NCBI GenBank assembly: GCA_002633005.1
Contig: NMRA01000032.1
Span: 228,911-292,910, forward strand
Source: Phoronis australis
Taxonomy: Eukaryota > Animalia > Phoronida
Length of the DNA stretch: 64,000 nucleotides
Direction: 5' to 3'
A program made the position numbers and the translations under genes. Positions within the stretch are counted from its first letter, which is position 1, and each line of letters begins with the position of its first letter. This document shows positions 12,301-24,300 of the stretch, one piece after another. Under the pieces are notes generated by a model. It was not told the DNA's origin. It saw only the letters and a program-made list of their open reading frames with translations, and made no database searches.

Positions 12301-15300
12301 ACAAGTATGCTATTCATTGCACAGATTTAGTTCACAAGCCCGTCATAGCATGGATAGATCTAGAGCCCAAGCCCAGGGGGCGCTCTAGTACACTACAGTT
12401 GGCAAATAGTAAAAAAAGAGTTCTACAAAATCGGTGATCAATATGAAACTGATGAGCATGAGGTCAGCTGATACAGGAAGTGGTGTCATATTAAAACTAA
12501 GCTAATAAGATGTGCACCTATATTCATATGGTGATTCTTAACTCAAATTAAAATGACTACCGGTAAAATCTCTCCAAATTCAACAGTAGATGGACCCGTA
12601 TTGCTCTGTTATTTACTTAAAAATTGTAATATTGCCCCTGGAGTGAATGTGTGCATGCGTGTGAGAATGTCCGGTTAAAAGATTTCTACATTTTCTTGAA
12701 AAGTACTTTGGAATACCAGTATCTTAAAACATTTAAAAATCTCTCCAACACAATATGGCCCAATAGTAAAATTTATTTCATCATTTTCTCCAGGCTACAC
12801 TGTACATCACCAAATTAAATGCAACTCCACGATCTGGTTTTGTACCACAGCTACAACCAAAAATTGTGGCCATTCACAACGATGTTAGAAGCCTTTGTAA
12901 AATCAAAAAAAATGCATTTTTGGTAATCATTTTTGTCCAAAATTGGTGAGATTTTACAGTAAGTAAAACTATTTCTCACCAAAATTGTTAGTGAAAGTTT
13001 TTATTTTCTCTATTCTTCAAATGAAGTTGATTACCTCGTAACAAGAAATGGAAACTTTCAAACACCAAATGTTGCTTCATGACACATTCAAAGCATGAAC
13101 CAAGTTAATAATAGTTAATAGGTCTTCTTCTTATGAGAAATTTGACAAAATAAAACCTCATTTGTCTGCCATATTGGTATACAAAACAACAAAACCACAT
13201 ATCTCTAACAACAAAACTGGCAAGTCATCAATCTTACTCGTATGTATCCCATTATGATCATCGTACTGGTGGCGATTACACAAAAACAAGTTGAACGTAA
13301 ATTACATAATGAACCATCACAGTCTACTCAATTGCAAGCAGCAAAGCTGGCAAGTCAATAATTCCTTCCCTGATTTCTGCAATCATGACCACACTCACCT
13401 TTTTCTTGACAAACTTGTCCCAGTAACTCTGTGGAAAGGACCTGGTACTCAGCACTATTTTGTCCCAGTGTAGGGCCAGTTCATCTTCCGCTGGCTGTTC
13501 CGCTATCCACATGCCCTCAAACTCCAACTTCCTGGATATGTCCTGGATAGTCAACAACAACGCTTTTGCCTTTAATTTATGATCTAAACTGTTTGCACTT
13601 ACAACACCACCAAAATGTTTGCCACTAATGCCAATGGTGGTAATTTTGGATTACGGGACACCCCCTAAAATTTTTCATAACTTTCCAGAAAGTTGAATTC
13701 AAGGAATTTCAAATTGGCTAAGAAACAAGTCTCTGCCTGAAGAACCACAAGAAGATATTTAAATGAAAGTTGCAAAATACACAAAATTACCATGGAAACT
13801 GGACATGAATTTATGAATGATTGTATATTTTATTTGTTTAAAATATGATTAAATTGTACTTATTGTTCAACATTTTAATATATTTACAGCCAGGAAGTAA
13901 TATTTTCAAACTACAGCAATAGTAACATGCTATTCTCTTAAGCTGCTGACGAGTCTCTTGTTACGCACAAATTTCGTGTCCAACACAAAACGGGGCCTGT
14001 ACCCAGCAAAGAAAGCAAGCAAAAAAATTCCCATGAGGTTAGGTGAACAGTCTCTACTTGATTTACAAGTCGTGATTAACCTTAGGTTTTTGTCCTCCAT
14101 CTGAATACATTTCAAGTGCCACTTACCTTTTCTCTCTTGAAGATGACTAATGGCACCTTAAGGTAATAATAAGCAACCAGCATTGAGAAGGCAGTGATGG
14201 AGTGCAGGATGGCCAGCATACGGAGGAGATAACTCATCATCAACAGAGACTGGGGCATGGAGATAATCTCTATGGCATCGGCTACTTCACCCGCCACTTC
14301 TGTTCCATTAGCGTCAGTACCATTGGCATCGGTTCCATTGGCATCGGTTCCATTGACGTCGACTGCGGCTGAAGTGTCGACACTGCTTCCGCTGCCGCTA
14401 GGATCCGTAGACATGACCTGTTAAGTACGCATCACGATGAGCATCAATACAGCAACAGTGTGCACAGAAATATCAAGACTAACACTGCACTCGGACGCAC
14501 AATTTTTACGAGGAGGATGATCAATCAATTAAAACGAACGTTCATAACAGCATCCTATCGTGAGAAATAAGCACACCATAAAATCTCAAAAATTTAGGAC
14601 ACACTATGGCGGACAGGTGGAATTTTATTTTCTCGTCGTTTCATAAATGACTTACAGTACCAGAATAATGCTTTGACATAACTAATTTCTGTACCATATA
14701 GTTACCAGCGCAAAATACTTTGAAAAATTGTGGCCATTCACAACAATGTTAGAAACCCTTAAAAATGAAAAGTATAATTTCGGCAGCCAATTACTTTTGT
14801 CCAAACTTGATGAGCGTTTACCAAAAAGCTTATATTAAGTCAAATCTCGCGCAATGATCAAGGACAAACAGGACCTAACCACAAATGTAAATAGAATGTT
14901 GGCTTCTAATGGAGGCAAATCTGTCGCCTAATTCGGGGTTGGACAATAGTGTTTGATGAAGTTTTTTCAGATGGCCAATCATATGTCCCATTTGACTTCT
15001 GATAAGGCGATGTGTGAATACTGTATTAAATGGAATCAAAGTTATAAACTTCTGTTAAATTTTGTGGCTAAACACTCCACTGACATTTCCATACCAATTT
15101 ATTTAATAAGAACACTTACTACTTCTTAATCATATTTTAATTTTCAAATGTGACACATCATCTTTCTTCACAACTACCAATATCTCTTGGGCACAGCAAT
15201 GCTTGCTGGTTGAGCAAACTTCCTTACTTAAAGAGTTTTCTTCTAAAGGGTGAAGAGGACGATAATCATTTTGCCCTGTTTAGCTGGCTAAAAACGAAAA

Positions 15301-18300
15301 CTAAACTAGACCTTAATTTACTCTCATAAAATCAGTCTCATAATATTTTTTACTGACAGGATTCCATTTCTGTTACCAACGAGAACATCGAAACTATCAA
15401 CGCGTCTGAGTTTATTGAGATTGGCCCAATCTTAAAATGGCAAATTCGAAAAAAGCACATGTAAGCAGTGATTGTGACTTGAGTTCTTTTTTTCTGATGT
15501 CATTTACTTTGGACTCCTTGTGCACAACTTAATTTTTGGAACACGTCCATTGTTTCTCAGGTGATCACCCAGCTCCAAAATTTCCAAATTTTCACTTTTA
15601 ATCGACGATACTCGGTTTACCACCCACACTAAATTATACCATCGAGACATCCTTAAAAGGGCACGTGCCTTTATGAACACCAGTTTCCTCAGAGAACGGG
15701 TAGCTCCCAAAATGGATGCAACATGCTTAACTAGGAGTAACAATAAATCAGTTTCAGTGAGAAATTTGCCTCACCTGGGTTCTCATATTGTGATAATGTA
15801 TCTTTCTGGGAATGAATCCATTGAACCCATTGAGTACAACATGCCCACATCCTGACCTCCCAAAATTTTGTTTTTAAGCACTCGTGCTCGGCTTAATGCC
15901 TCCCAATTATTGTATTCCCAAATTTAAGTACCCTGGGTGGTGACACAAACGAGTATGGTAATTACCTCCACTCAAAAGAAAAGATCTTATATTGAAAAAA
16001 ACTGCATATCGTATTACCTGATTACCAACAACTACTTACTTGGAAGAAAAGAAGGAAGAAGTTGATCAGGAAGGCAAGTGCCAAGGCGGTCAGTTTGAAG
16101 TTGTAAAAGTTGCGGGCAAACATACTGAGGATGTACTTGCTGTAGTCGAAGTTGGACTCCTTTGTCTCATACGGCACCTCTTCACCGCCCTCACTTGGCT
16201 CCTCCTGTTGGCCAACGCTGCTGTTCAGAGCAGCTTTACCTGCAGGTTCTCTGTGAAAACATCATGAGTCAATTCATTTTCATCTCATTTGTATGTTAAG
16301 GCTTTGTCATTACTCAATGGTGTGAACCTCATAAGTGAGCTGTTGTATTCAGTGAGAGGCATGCATCTGACTTTGTATAAGCTGTTGCTGAAGCCAAATT
16401 GTCTAAGAAAATGTCCTGTGGTAGACAAGAGGAGGGCAAGTTTAAGGGAAATTTGAATACGACAGCTTGTACACAGCAAAGCAGGATGAATGACTGGAAA
16501 TTCAAGATGCACAAAAGACGACAATGGGATGCTCCAACTGAATGTCTACGAATACATCGGGTCACATTTCTACACCACTTGCAGCCACAGGGGACTGAAT
16601 TTGAGCTTCCACCTCTTGGATTGATTGGTTAAGTTGTTATGTAAGATGTCGTGACCAGAACAACTACTTACGGCTTAGACTCCTTCTTGACTGGTTTTGC
16701 AGGCACGTCGCCAGCCGCTTCACTTCTTACTTCCTCTTCAGATGGCGCTGGCCTTTCTCCGAGGGAATACCTATAGGACAGAGATGCAATGAAGTTTTAA
16801 ACAAACACCAATATGTGAGAAAAAAAATCAATCGCTACCCGTTCATGTGTATCGTAGTATTACTAGGTCACAAGTCAGACACGTTTTCTTGAAAACAGTG
16901 CGGCAATGTTCCTTTACTTAATTCATGGCCTTCGTCAATGTTTCTCCATTTCGCAAAATGCTGTTTGCCAGATTTGGTCAAGCTGCGTAGTATCTGCAGC
17001 AGGACACAATAAAAAACCTTACTGTATTGCTATTGTGGCATGTTGTAGTTCCCAAAGGACATGACTCGGACTCCAACTGCGCTATATTGCTCATCATGTA
17101 TTCTGGAGCATTAACAGTATACCCCCTCCAATGAACTGGAGAAAACATCATGCAAAAGGATAAAGATTTTTGCAAAACATATTAAGTTAATGTTTAACAA
17201 TGAAGCAAGTTTCCTTAAATCAACAACAGTAAGTAAAAACTGAGCAAATGGATATTTTCATGTCACATGCGACAGTAGCGTGGTTGAACAACAGGAAAGA
17301 CTTGAAAATATCTCATGAAATATCTCCCAGCTGCAACATTCACGGCGCAGCTACACTGAAAATGACATACTCGGTCCCACGATCTGTCTCCGTCTTGCTG
17401 ATCTTGACGCCAAACGCCATCAAGTTCTCGTTAGCAGGCTCCTCAGTGACAATGTCAGCAGGACTATGCAGCACTGGTATGGCATCTACTGGCATGAGTG
17501 CCTTAGGCAGGTCTGGGGGAGGTTCTTGCAGGCTCTTGTCACCAATCATCATGGCGACGATCCAGCGGACAAATGTCCTGCAAGTAGATGGAGTATGAAA
17601 AATCAGTTGGTAGTGGTAGTGATAGTGGTGGCGTGATTTTGATGAAGGGCTATTGGAGTCGTTGGTGGTTGTGTAGGAATGATATTGATGGTGTTAAAGG
17701 GGTTATTGGTGTTGATGGTGGTGGAATGATATTGTTGGTGTTAAAGGGGTTGTCGGTGTTGATAATGGTTGTCATGGAATGATATTGATAATGTTGAAGG
17801 AGCTATTGGTGTTGATGATGGTGGTGATGGAATGATATTGATGGTGTTGAAGGAGCTATTGGCGTTGATGATGGGGGTGGTAGCAATGCATAAATTAAAT
17901 TAAGAATGAATACTGCATATAAAGGAACCTACCAAACAATGTGGAAGATGACTGAGATTATTGTAAAGACGATCTTGAAGTTGAGTTTGAAGAACGCCCA
18001 GATAAGCTCCAGGAACGTCATACTTCTTAGCGTTCTGTAGCTTCCCTTTAAGTTCGTCCACGTAAAGAAGGACAGAAACATGGCTATGCTGTCATATATA
18101 AAGTTGTAGCCCAGCTTAGCAGCACCGAGAAGGCCTCTGTAATGAATAGTCATTGGAGATCTACTCAAATCAACTCAAAGTATTCCAATACGTTACAATC
18201 ATGTAAACAAAGTAACACACAATCATCCACACACCTCTCTGATGAATTCACTATAATTTGGCAGTAATCTTTCTCGTATAAATATTTCATTAAAGACACA

Positions 18301-21300
18301 ACTTCAGTTTTAACAATTATAATTTCAGTTCTTTTGAACTCATTAAAATCTCACCAATTTTAAACAAAAATAATTGCTAAAGACGGCTTTTTTTCATTAT
18401 TAAATATAGATTATTACATGGCGAAATCGTTATCTCCCGCAATCTAAAGCCAGAGTGGATTTTGGATTATTTTCCAAAATCCACGTAGGCTCTAGATAAG
18501 GGGGATAACGACTGAAAACGTGTAATAAATAATCTATTTATACCACATACTGAACGAGAAACATAGCAATGAATCAATCTATCTTTCTCGACTCGCCTCG
18601 ACTTTGTAACTACTTTCTATGTCAGAGGCCCGGGGTTGAAGGTCATGACCTTTTAAGAAAAGCCGAGCTATTTTTGTCAAAATGTTTTTACTCAACAACG
18701 ATTGAGAATTTAAACAAAAATAGAAATAAAGTGAATCTATAAATTAAGTTTTAGCAATAGGTCTAGCTTACTACACATTTTATCATGCTAAGCTTTGACC
18801 GTGAAAATATCGTCTGCTAAAGTTGGTTACCGTTGGTTAGTGAGTATAATGCCCAAGTCAAAGGATCCTGACAACACAATGCCTGCATTCAAATTAGAGA
18901 TCGATGATTTACAAATGAGAGAAAATGAGAGATAAATTTCACTGAATTAAACTATCATTTTTATCAAAATTATGCTTCTTATTTTTCATAGCGTATAAAC
19001 ATCGGTACAATGCCGTTTGTTGAACATGCAATTATTGCACGTGCTCATTTAAGTATTCAATTATCACATTCGATGACGTCAGCCGCTGAGTGGTGCAGTG
19101 GTAATTAAAAAGTTGACGACTCGAAACTCTTGCGGAGTGAGTTCGAAACTGGCCTCAGTTCACGCCAAAATGTTATTCAACACTGTTGAATAACTAAAAG
19201 GGTTATTTAACGGCTGTATTGGTAATTCTAGACTGATATTGTGGTATAAATGCTTCTAATGTTGTAAATACCCATTATATCCTAGCTAACTTCAGTCCGA
19301 CAAGAACTTTGGTATATAATATAAAATTTATAACATTTTAACTTGGTGCTACTCATCTTTCTTGGAAAAAAATGAAAAAATTCACTTATTCGCCATCTTA
19401 TGTCCTGAATTACTGAGACTTTACTGTTCATTTACTTTGCAAAAAACAATGTTGCGTCACTTCAAGAGGTGGGCAGTGCGCTCTTTTCACATCTGAGTCA
19501 GCTAAGCTTGTTTTGCCTTCTTGGTACACATAAATCGAGTAATCGTGCAACACTCACCCTTGTTCTGATGGCGCAGCTCCACCTGTCAGCTGCATCATCC
19601 TCATGGCTTGTTCTTCAGCACTGATGTCATTGGCATGCTGCATCTGAACAGGAAGTGTGATAACATGCATAATGGACTGGTCCATGATTTTATGAGGGGT
19701 GTGCAATATAAATTTATTATGTTAATAGATATTTACATCCAACATGTTTGCAGGCTTGAAATACTTAATAATATGAAATATTATTTAAATCAGTTACAGT
19801 GTTGCTTTAACAGATGAAAAATAATTATGCCTTCTTGGAAACTGTTAACAACACAGCTGCTCAATTTGCATGTTGCTTTGTGTGAGGGACATGATGTCCT
19901 ACCACGTACTGCACATTGTACATGGCAGCTCTATCATCGGTGCTAACATCCAATTAAGTCAGTTCTGTGCTCCCAATTGAAAGTTTCAGTTAACCCTAAC
20001 CAACAGCATGCTGCACCTATAAAAGGGGTCCTAAAACTCATGAGGTCATGATTTTTACAGTCAACAGGCACAAAGTTCATTGGTATAACAGGGGCATCAT
20101 TTGGGAGTATAGACAAGACCAGGCAGCTCAAGGAGGTCATTGAATTCAATGGACCACTGTGTTTGCATTAGGAACATTCACTTATGTTTCATGATCGAAA
20201 GACGGTACTTTTCCATCTGGCCCAGGTCCGTCATTAAGAAATCCAAATTACTAAAAGGGAGTTACTGTCACAGTCACCATACTTATTGTCCTCGTATCTT
20301 TGTGTCCCTTAGTTTTAGCACATTGGGATAAGTTTTCCTCATAAAAAGCAAATGGATTATTATGAAATATGGTACAAACCTCAAATATCGTGTCTTCACA
20401 AAAGTTAACAAACAACTCCAGTTTTTCCTTATCGCCACCTTCGTTGACACAATTGTGCAAGAACGATCTCTTCGAGTCCTGCAAATACACCACATAGTCA
20501 TTTTAACTCCTCTTCCTAAAGAATCAGTGCTTTTCAATACAAGTAATATTAGCCTGTAAGAATTTAGAATGTAAAAGCTCTACCTTAAAGCCAATAAAAA
20601 CCACATTCTTTTTTTTTAAAACATCAACTTTCTTCCTCCAGAGGGACATACTGCCTTGCCAATTTAAACTAAACCAAAGTGACGGTCCCAGACTGAAGCA
20701 ATAACAACTTCTTCTCAAGCTTAAAGCTCATTTCTAAATCTGAATATGCAAGGTAAGCGGCCAAAACCAAATGTTGGTCTTTGATAAAAGGCACAAATTC
20801 ATTATTTCCTCTTTAAATGGAAAATCTGACTTCACAATGACATCTATGGCTGAAAACTCGGTTTCACCTTAATTTGTGGTTTCTCCCACTGGTCGATATG
20901 TTGCTGCTTGATTTCAAAGTAGACTCGCTCTATGCGGTTGGCACTGCCCATGATTTCTATACGACCTAGANCTAACTGGTATTATAGCATGCCAGGCATA
21001 CAACACTTATAACCTCCCTGTGGCCGGTTCGCCCCCACGCTTGCCGACGTACTTGTTTACCGGTTTAACCACAATGCAACATTCTGACCCATTTCCAATA
21101 TGGCGGCGTTGCAACTCCGCTATTAAGTCAGTTCTGGGCTCCCAATTGAAAGTTTCAGTTAACCCTAACCAACAGCATGCTGCACCAATAAAAGGGGTCC
21201 TAAAACTCATGAGGTCATGATTTTTACAGTCAACAGGCACAAAGTTCATTGGTATAACAGGGGCATCATTTGGGAGTATAGACAAGACCAGGCAGCTCAA

Positions 21301-24300
21301 GGTCATTGAATTCAATGGACCACTGTGTTTGCATTAGGAACATTCACTTATGTTTCATGATCGAAAGACGGTACTTTTCCATCTGGCCCAGGTCCGTCAT
21401 AAAGAAATCCAAATTACTAAAAGGGAGTTACTGTCACAGTCACCATACTTATTGTTCTCGTATCTTTGTGACCCTTAGTTTTAGCACATTGGGATAAGTT
21501 TTCCTCACAAAAAGCAAATGGAATATTATGAAATATGGTACAAACCTCAAATATCGTGTCTTCACAAAAGTTAACAAACAACTCCAGTTTTTCCTTATCG
21601 CCACCTTCGTTGACACAATTGTGCAAGAACGATCTCTTCGAGTCCTGCAAACACACCACATAGTCATTTTAACTCCTCTTCCTAAAGAATCAGTGCTTTT
21701 CAATACAAGTAATATTAGCCTGTAAGAATTTAGAATGTAAAAGCTCTACCTTAAAGCCAATAAAAACCACATTCTTTTCTTTTTTAAAACATCAACTTTC
21801 TTCCTCCAGAGGGACATACTGCCTTGCCAATTTAAACTAAACCAATGTGACATGCGGTCCCAGACTTAAGCAATAACAACTTCTTCTCAAGCTTAAAGCT
21901 CATTTCTAAATCTGAATATGCAAGGTAAGCGGCCAAAACCAAATGTTGGTCTTTGATAAAAGGCACAAATTCATTATTTCCTCTTTAAATGGAAAATCTG
22001 ACTTCACAATGACATCTATGGCTGAAAACTCGGTTTCACCTTAATTTGTGGTTTCTCCCACTGGTCGATATGTTGCTGCTTGATTTCAAAGTAGACTCGC
22101 TCTATGCGGTTGGCACTGCCCATGATTTCTATACGACCTAGATATGGTTCAAAGTAGTCCAGCACAGAGCGGGCCCTCTCCAGGAACCTCTCGAGCCTGA
22201 GCGACAGAAAAATATATTTAAAGTAAAGATTTATTTAAAAACAAGTCAATACATGTGAAACAGATAATACAGAATTTCATGAACCACAAGAGCACAACTA
22301 ACATACAGTAGAAGATATAGGTTAAAAATACATCTCTCCATCTCTAAAACAAAGGAATACTTTTGCCTGTCATCAAAAATATTGTAACACAGAGCTGCAT
22401 AATTCACACAATAGTTTACTCTGCTAAAATAATATCAGTAATAGCTATCAGTATCTTATCACAGTGAAGAGGCATCAATGTACAACTAAAAAATTCAAAG
22501 GAAACTACACTATGCTTTGCCCACAGTTTAAATACACAACATTACATGCCATTTTCCCTGCTGCATAAAACATGCAATTGTCACCATAGCCAAAATAACT
22601 AATCTTGTCTGAGCCAGCATCAGAAACACACAACACATAGACCAGGTAATTCCTAAAATAACAAATCAAACTGGTGACAGTCATCTAAGGAAGAAGTACA
22701 GTGTATCAAGTGTGCATAACTCACCTGGGGTCACTAGTGTGTTCCGAGAGGTTGGTGAATAGGAGGGCTACGTTGAAGCCAATGTCTTTGGCTGGATTGT
22801 GGAACCTTTCAGTGAACTCATTGAAGTCCACCTTGCCATCTTGGTTGGCATCCACACACATCATAATGTAATCAATCTCTTCACTATAAATGGACAGTTA
22901 AAATCTTTAAGTATTGATTAATATTGTTTGCTTAGTCTTTAAGCCCACTTTATGTCAAAAAATTAATTAGATACTTACAGTTATAAGGTGGATCACAAAG
23001 TGTTCTTCAACCAGATTCAAAGTGATTTTTGGGTCCGGGGTATAACCCCTGTACTGGAAACTCAACTCGAAAATTGTGTCCAATAGCACGTATGCCATGC
23101 TTTGAGTACACTAATTACAAATTTACAATTGAATCATCCAATGTGTTTAGTTAAGTTTTGAGTCTCGGTCTGTGTCCTAGTCAAGTCTGTGTTCGGAGAT
23201 TAGATCTAGGGCCAATTTGGAAGAACTGGAGCCTACTTAGTGCTCAAGACTCAGTTAAAGAAGCATGGCTTGACCCGGATGGTCACTTTATGTGCAATAC
23301 CCGGCCTCAAGCACTGACAAACTTTCAAGTTTCCACTAAGCCCTAAGTTGCTCCTAATCTGAATAAGAAACAAGTTGAGACCTGCAGTTTTTTATCGTTC
23401 ATAAATAAAAAGAAACAGCTGATGAAAAAGTAGTAAAAGGACAATTCTGTAATAAAATTGTTGTCATTAAAATTTCAACTTCTTATCACAAAGATAAGAC
23501 TCTTTAATTTGTTAATAACTGAAACTTTTCAGCAGTTTCCAATGAAACAAACAATTTTAATATTTACATCATAAAACTTTTCTTACCAGCAAGACATTAC
23601 ATACTCCAAACTCATTTGTTACACTGCTATTACAACATTTTAGAATTAAAATTAAAACTTTATTGAAAATTTCTGAAAATATAAAAGTCTTACTCGTGAA
23701 TGCAACAAATCCGTTAGTAAAATCAGAACTCAACATAAAATGGAATATCCAAGACATGCATAAAATAAACAATGTCAACAGGACATCTTGAGAGACGGTT
23801 TCCATTCAACATGTGATTATGGCACGCAGAGAAAGGAACAGTGAGAGATCAATAGTCAAGGCAAAGAAGTCACAAAACTCAGAGGTATGAAATGTGATAA
23901 TAGTATATAAAATAATATAAAAATCATCAGTATCAATATCAGTATCTATATCAATATCAGTATCAATACAGTTGTGTCTTCTGAAGAGAATGCAGTCAGT
24001 ATGATAGATTCTGAGATTGCATGTCATTTGTCAGATCAAACTACTGAAGATTATCATGCCAGCAGAATTTTCTTTCGACATTCTTCGTTTTTGCAGTTAT
24101 ACCAAAATGCAGACATACGCAGCATCATTAAAGTTAGTGCGGCCCGAATGTATGTCTTTTGTGAGATCATTAAAATGTTGACCACATCATCACTAATCAA
24201 CAAGCGTACATTTTAGCCAAGGTCTTTAAGCAAATTGCAACATAAATGACAGTTTATGTGGATAATCTTTAACAAAGTATCCCCAAATGTGGTTAGTATT

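Larger units (their letters stand above)
19953..22142. repeat. Near-identical ~1 kb direct duplication (19953-20970 / 21122-22142) at an N gap; probable haplotype artefact
   Basis: Introns and exons nearly identical; first copy ends mid-exon exactly at the N at 20971. Confidence 0.9.

Noticed and set aside
20380-21644. Duplicate exon as a second mutually exclusive pair
   Set aside because: Identical peptide, near-identical introns and truncation at an N indicate an assembly artefact.
24119-24192. Possible degenerate EF2-like exon (DDVVNILM.. / [11 protein letters not shown])
   Set aside because: Resemblance needs a frameshift and the acceptor is weak; likely chance.
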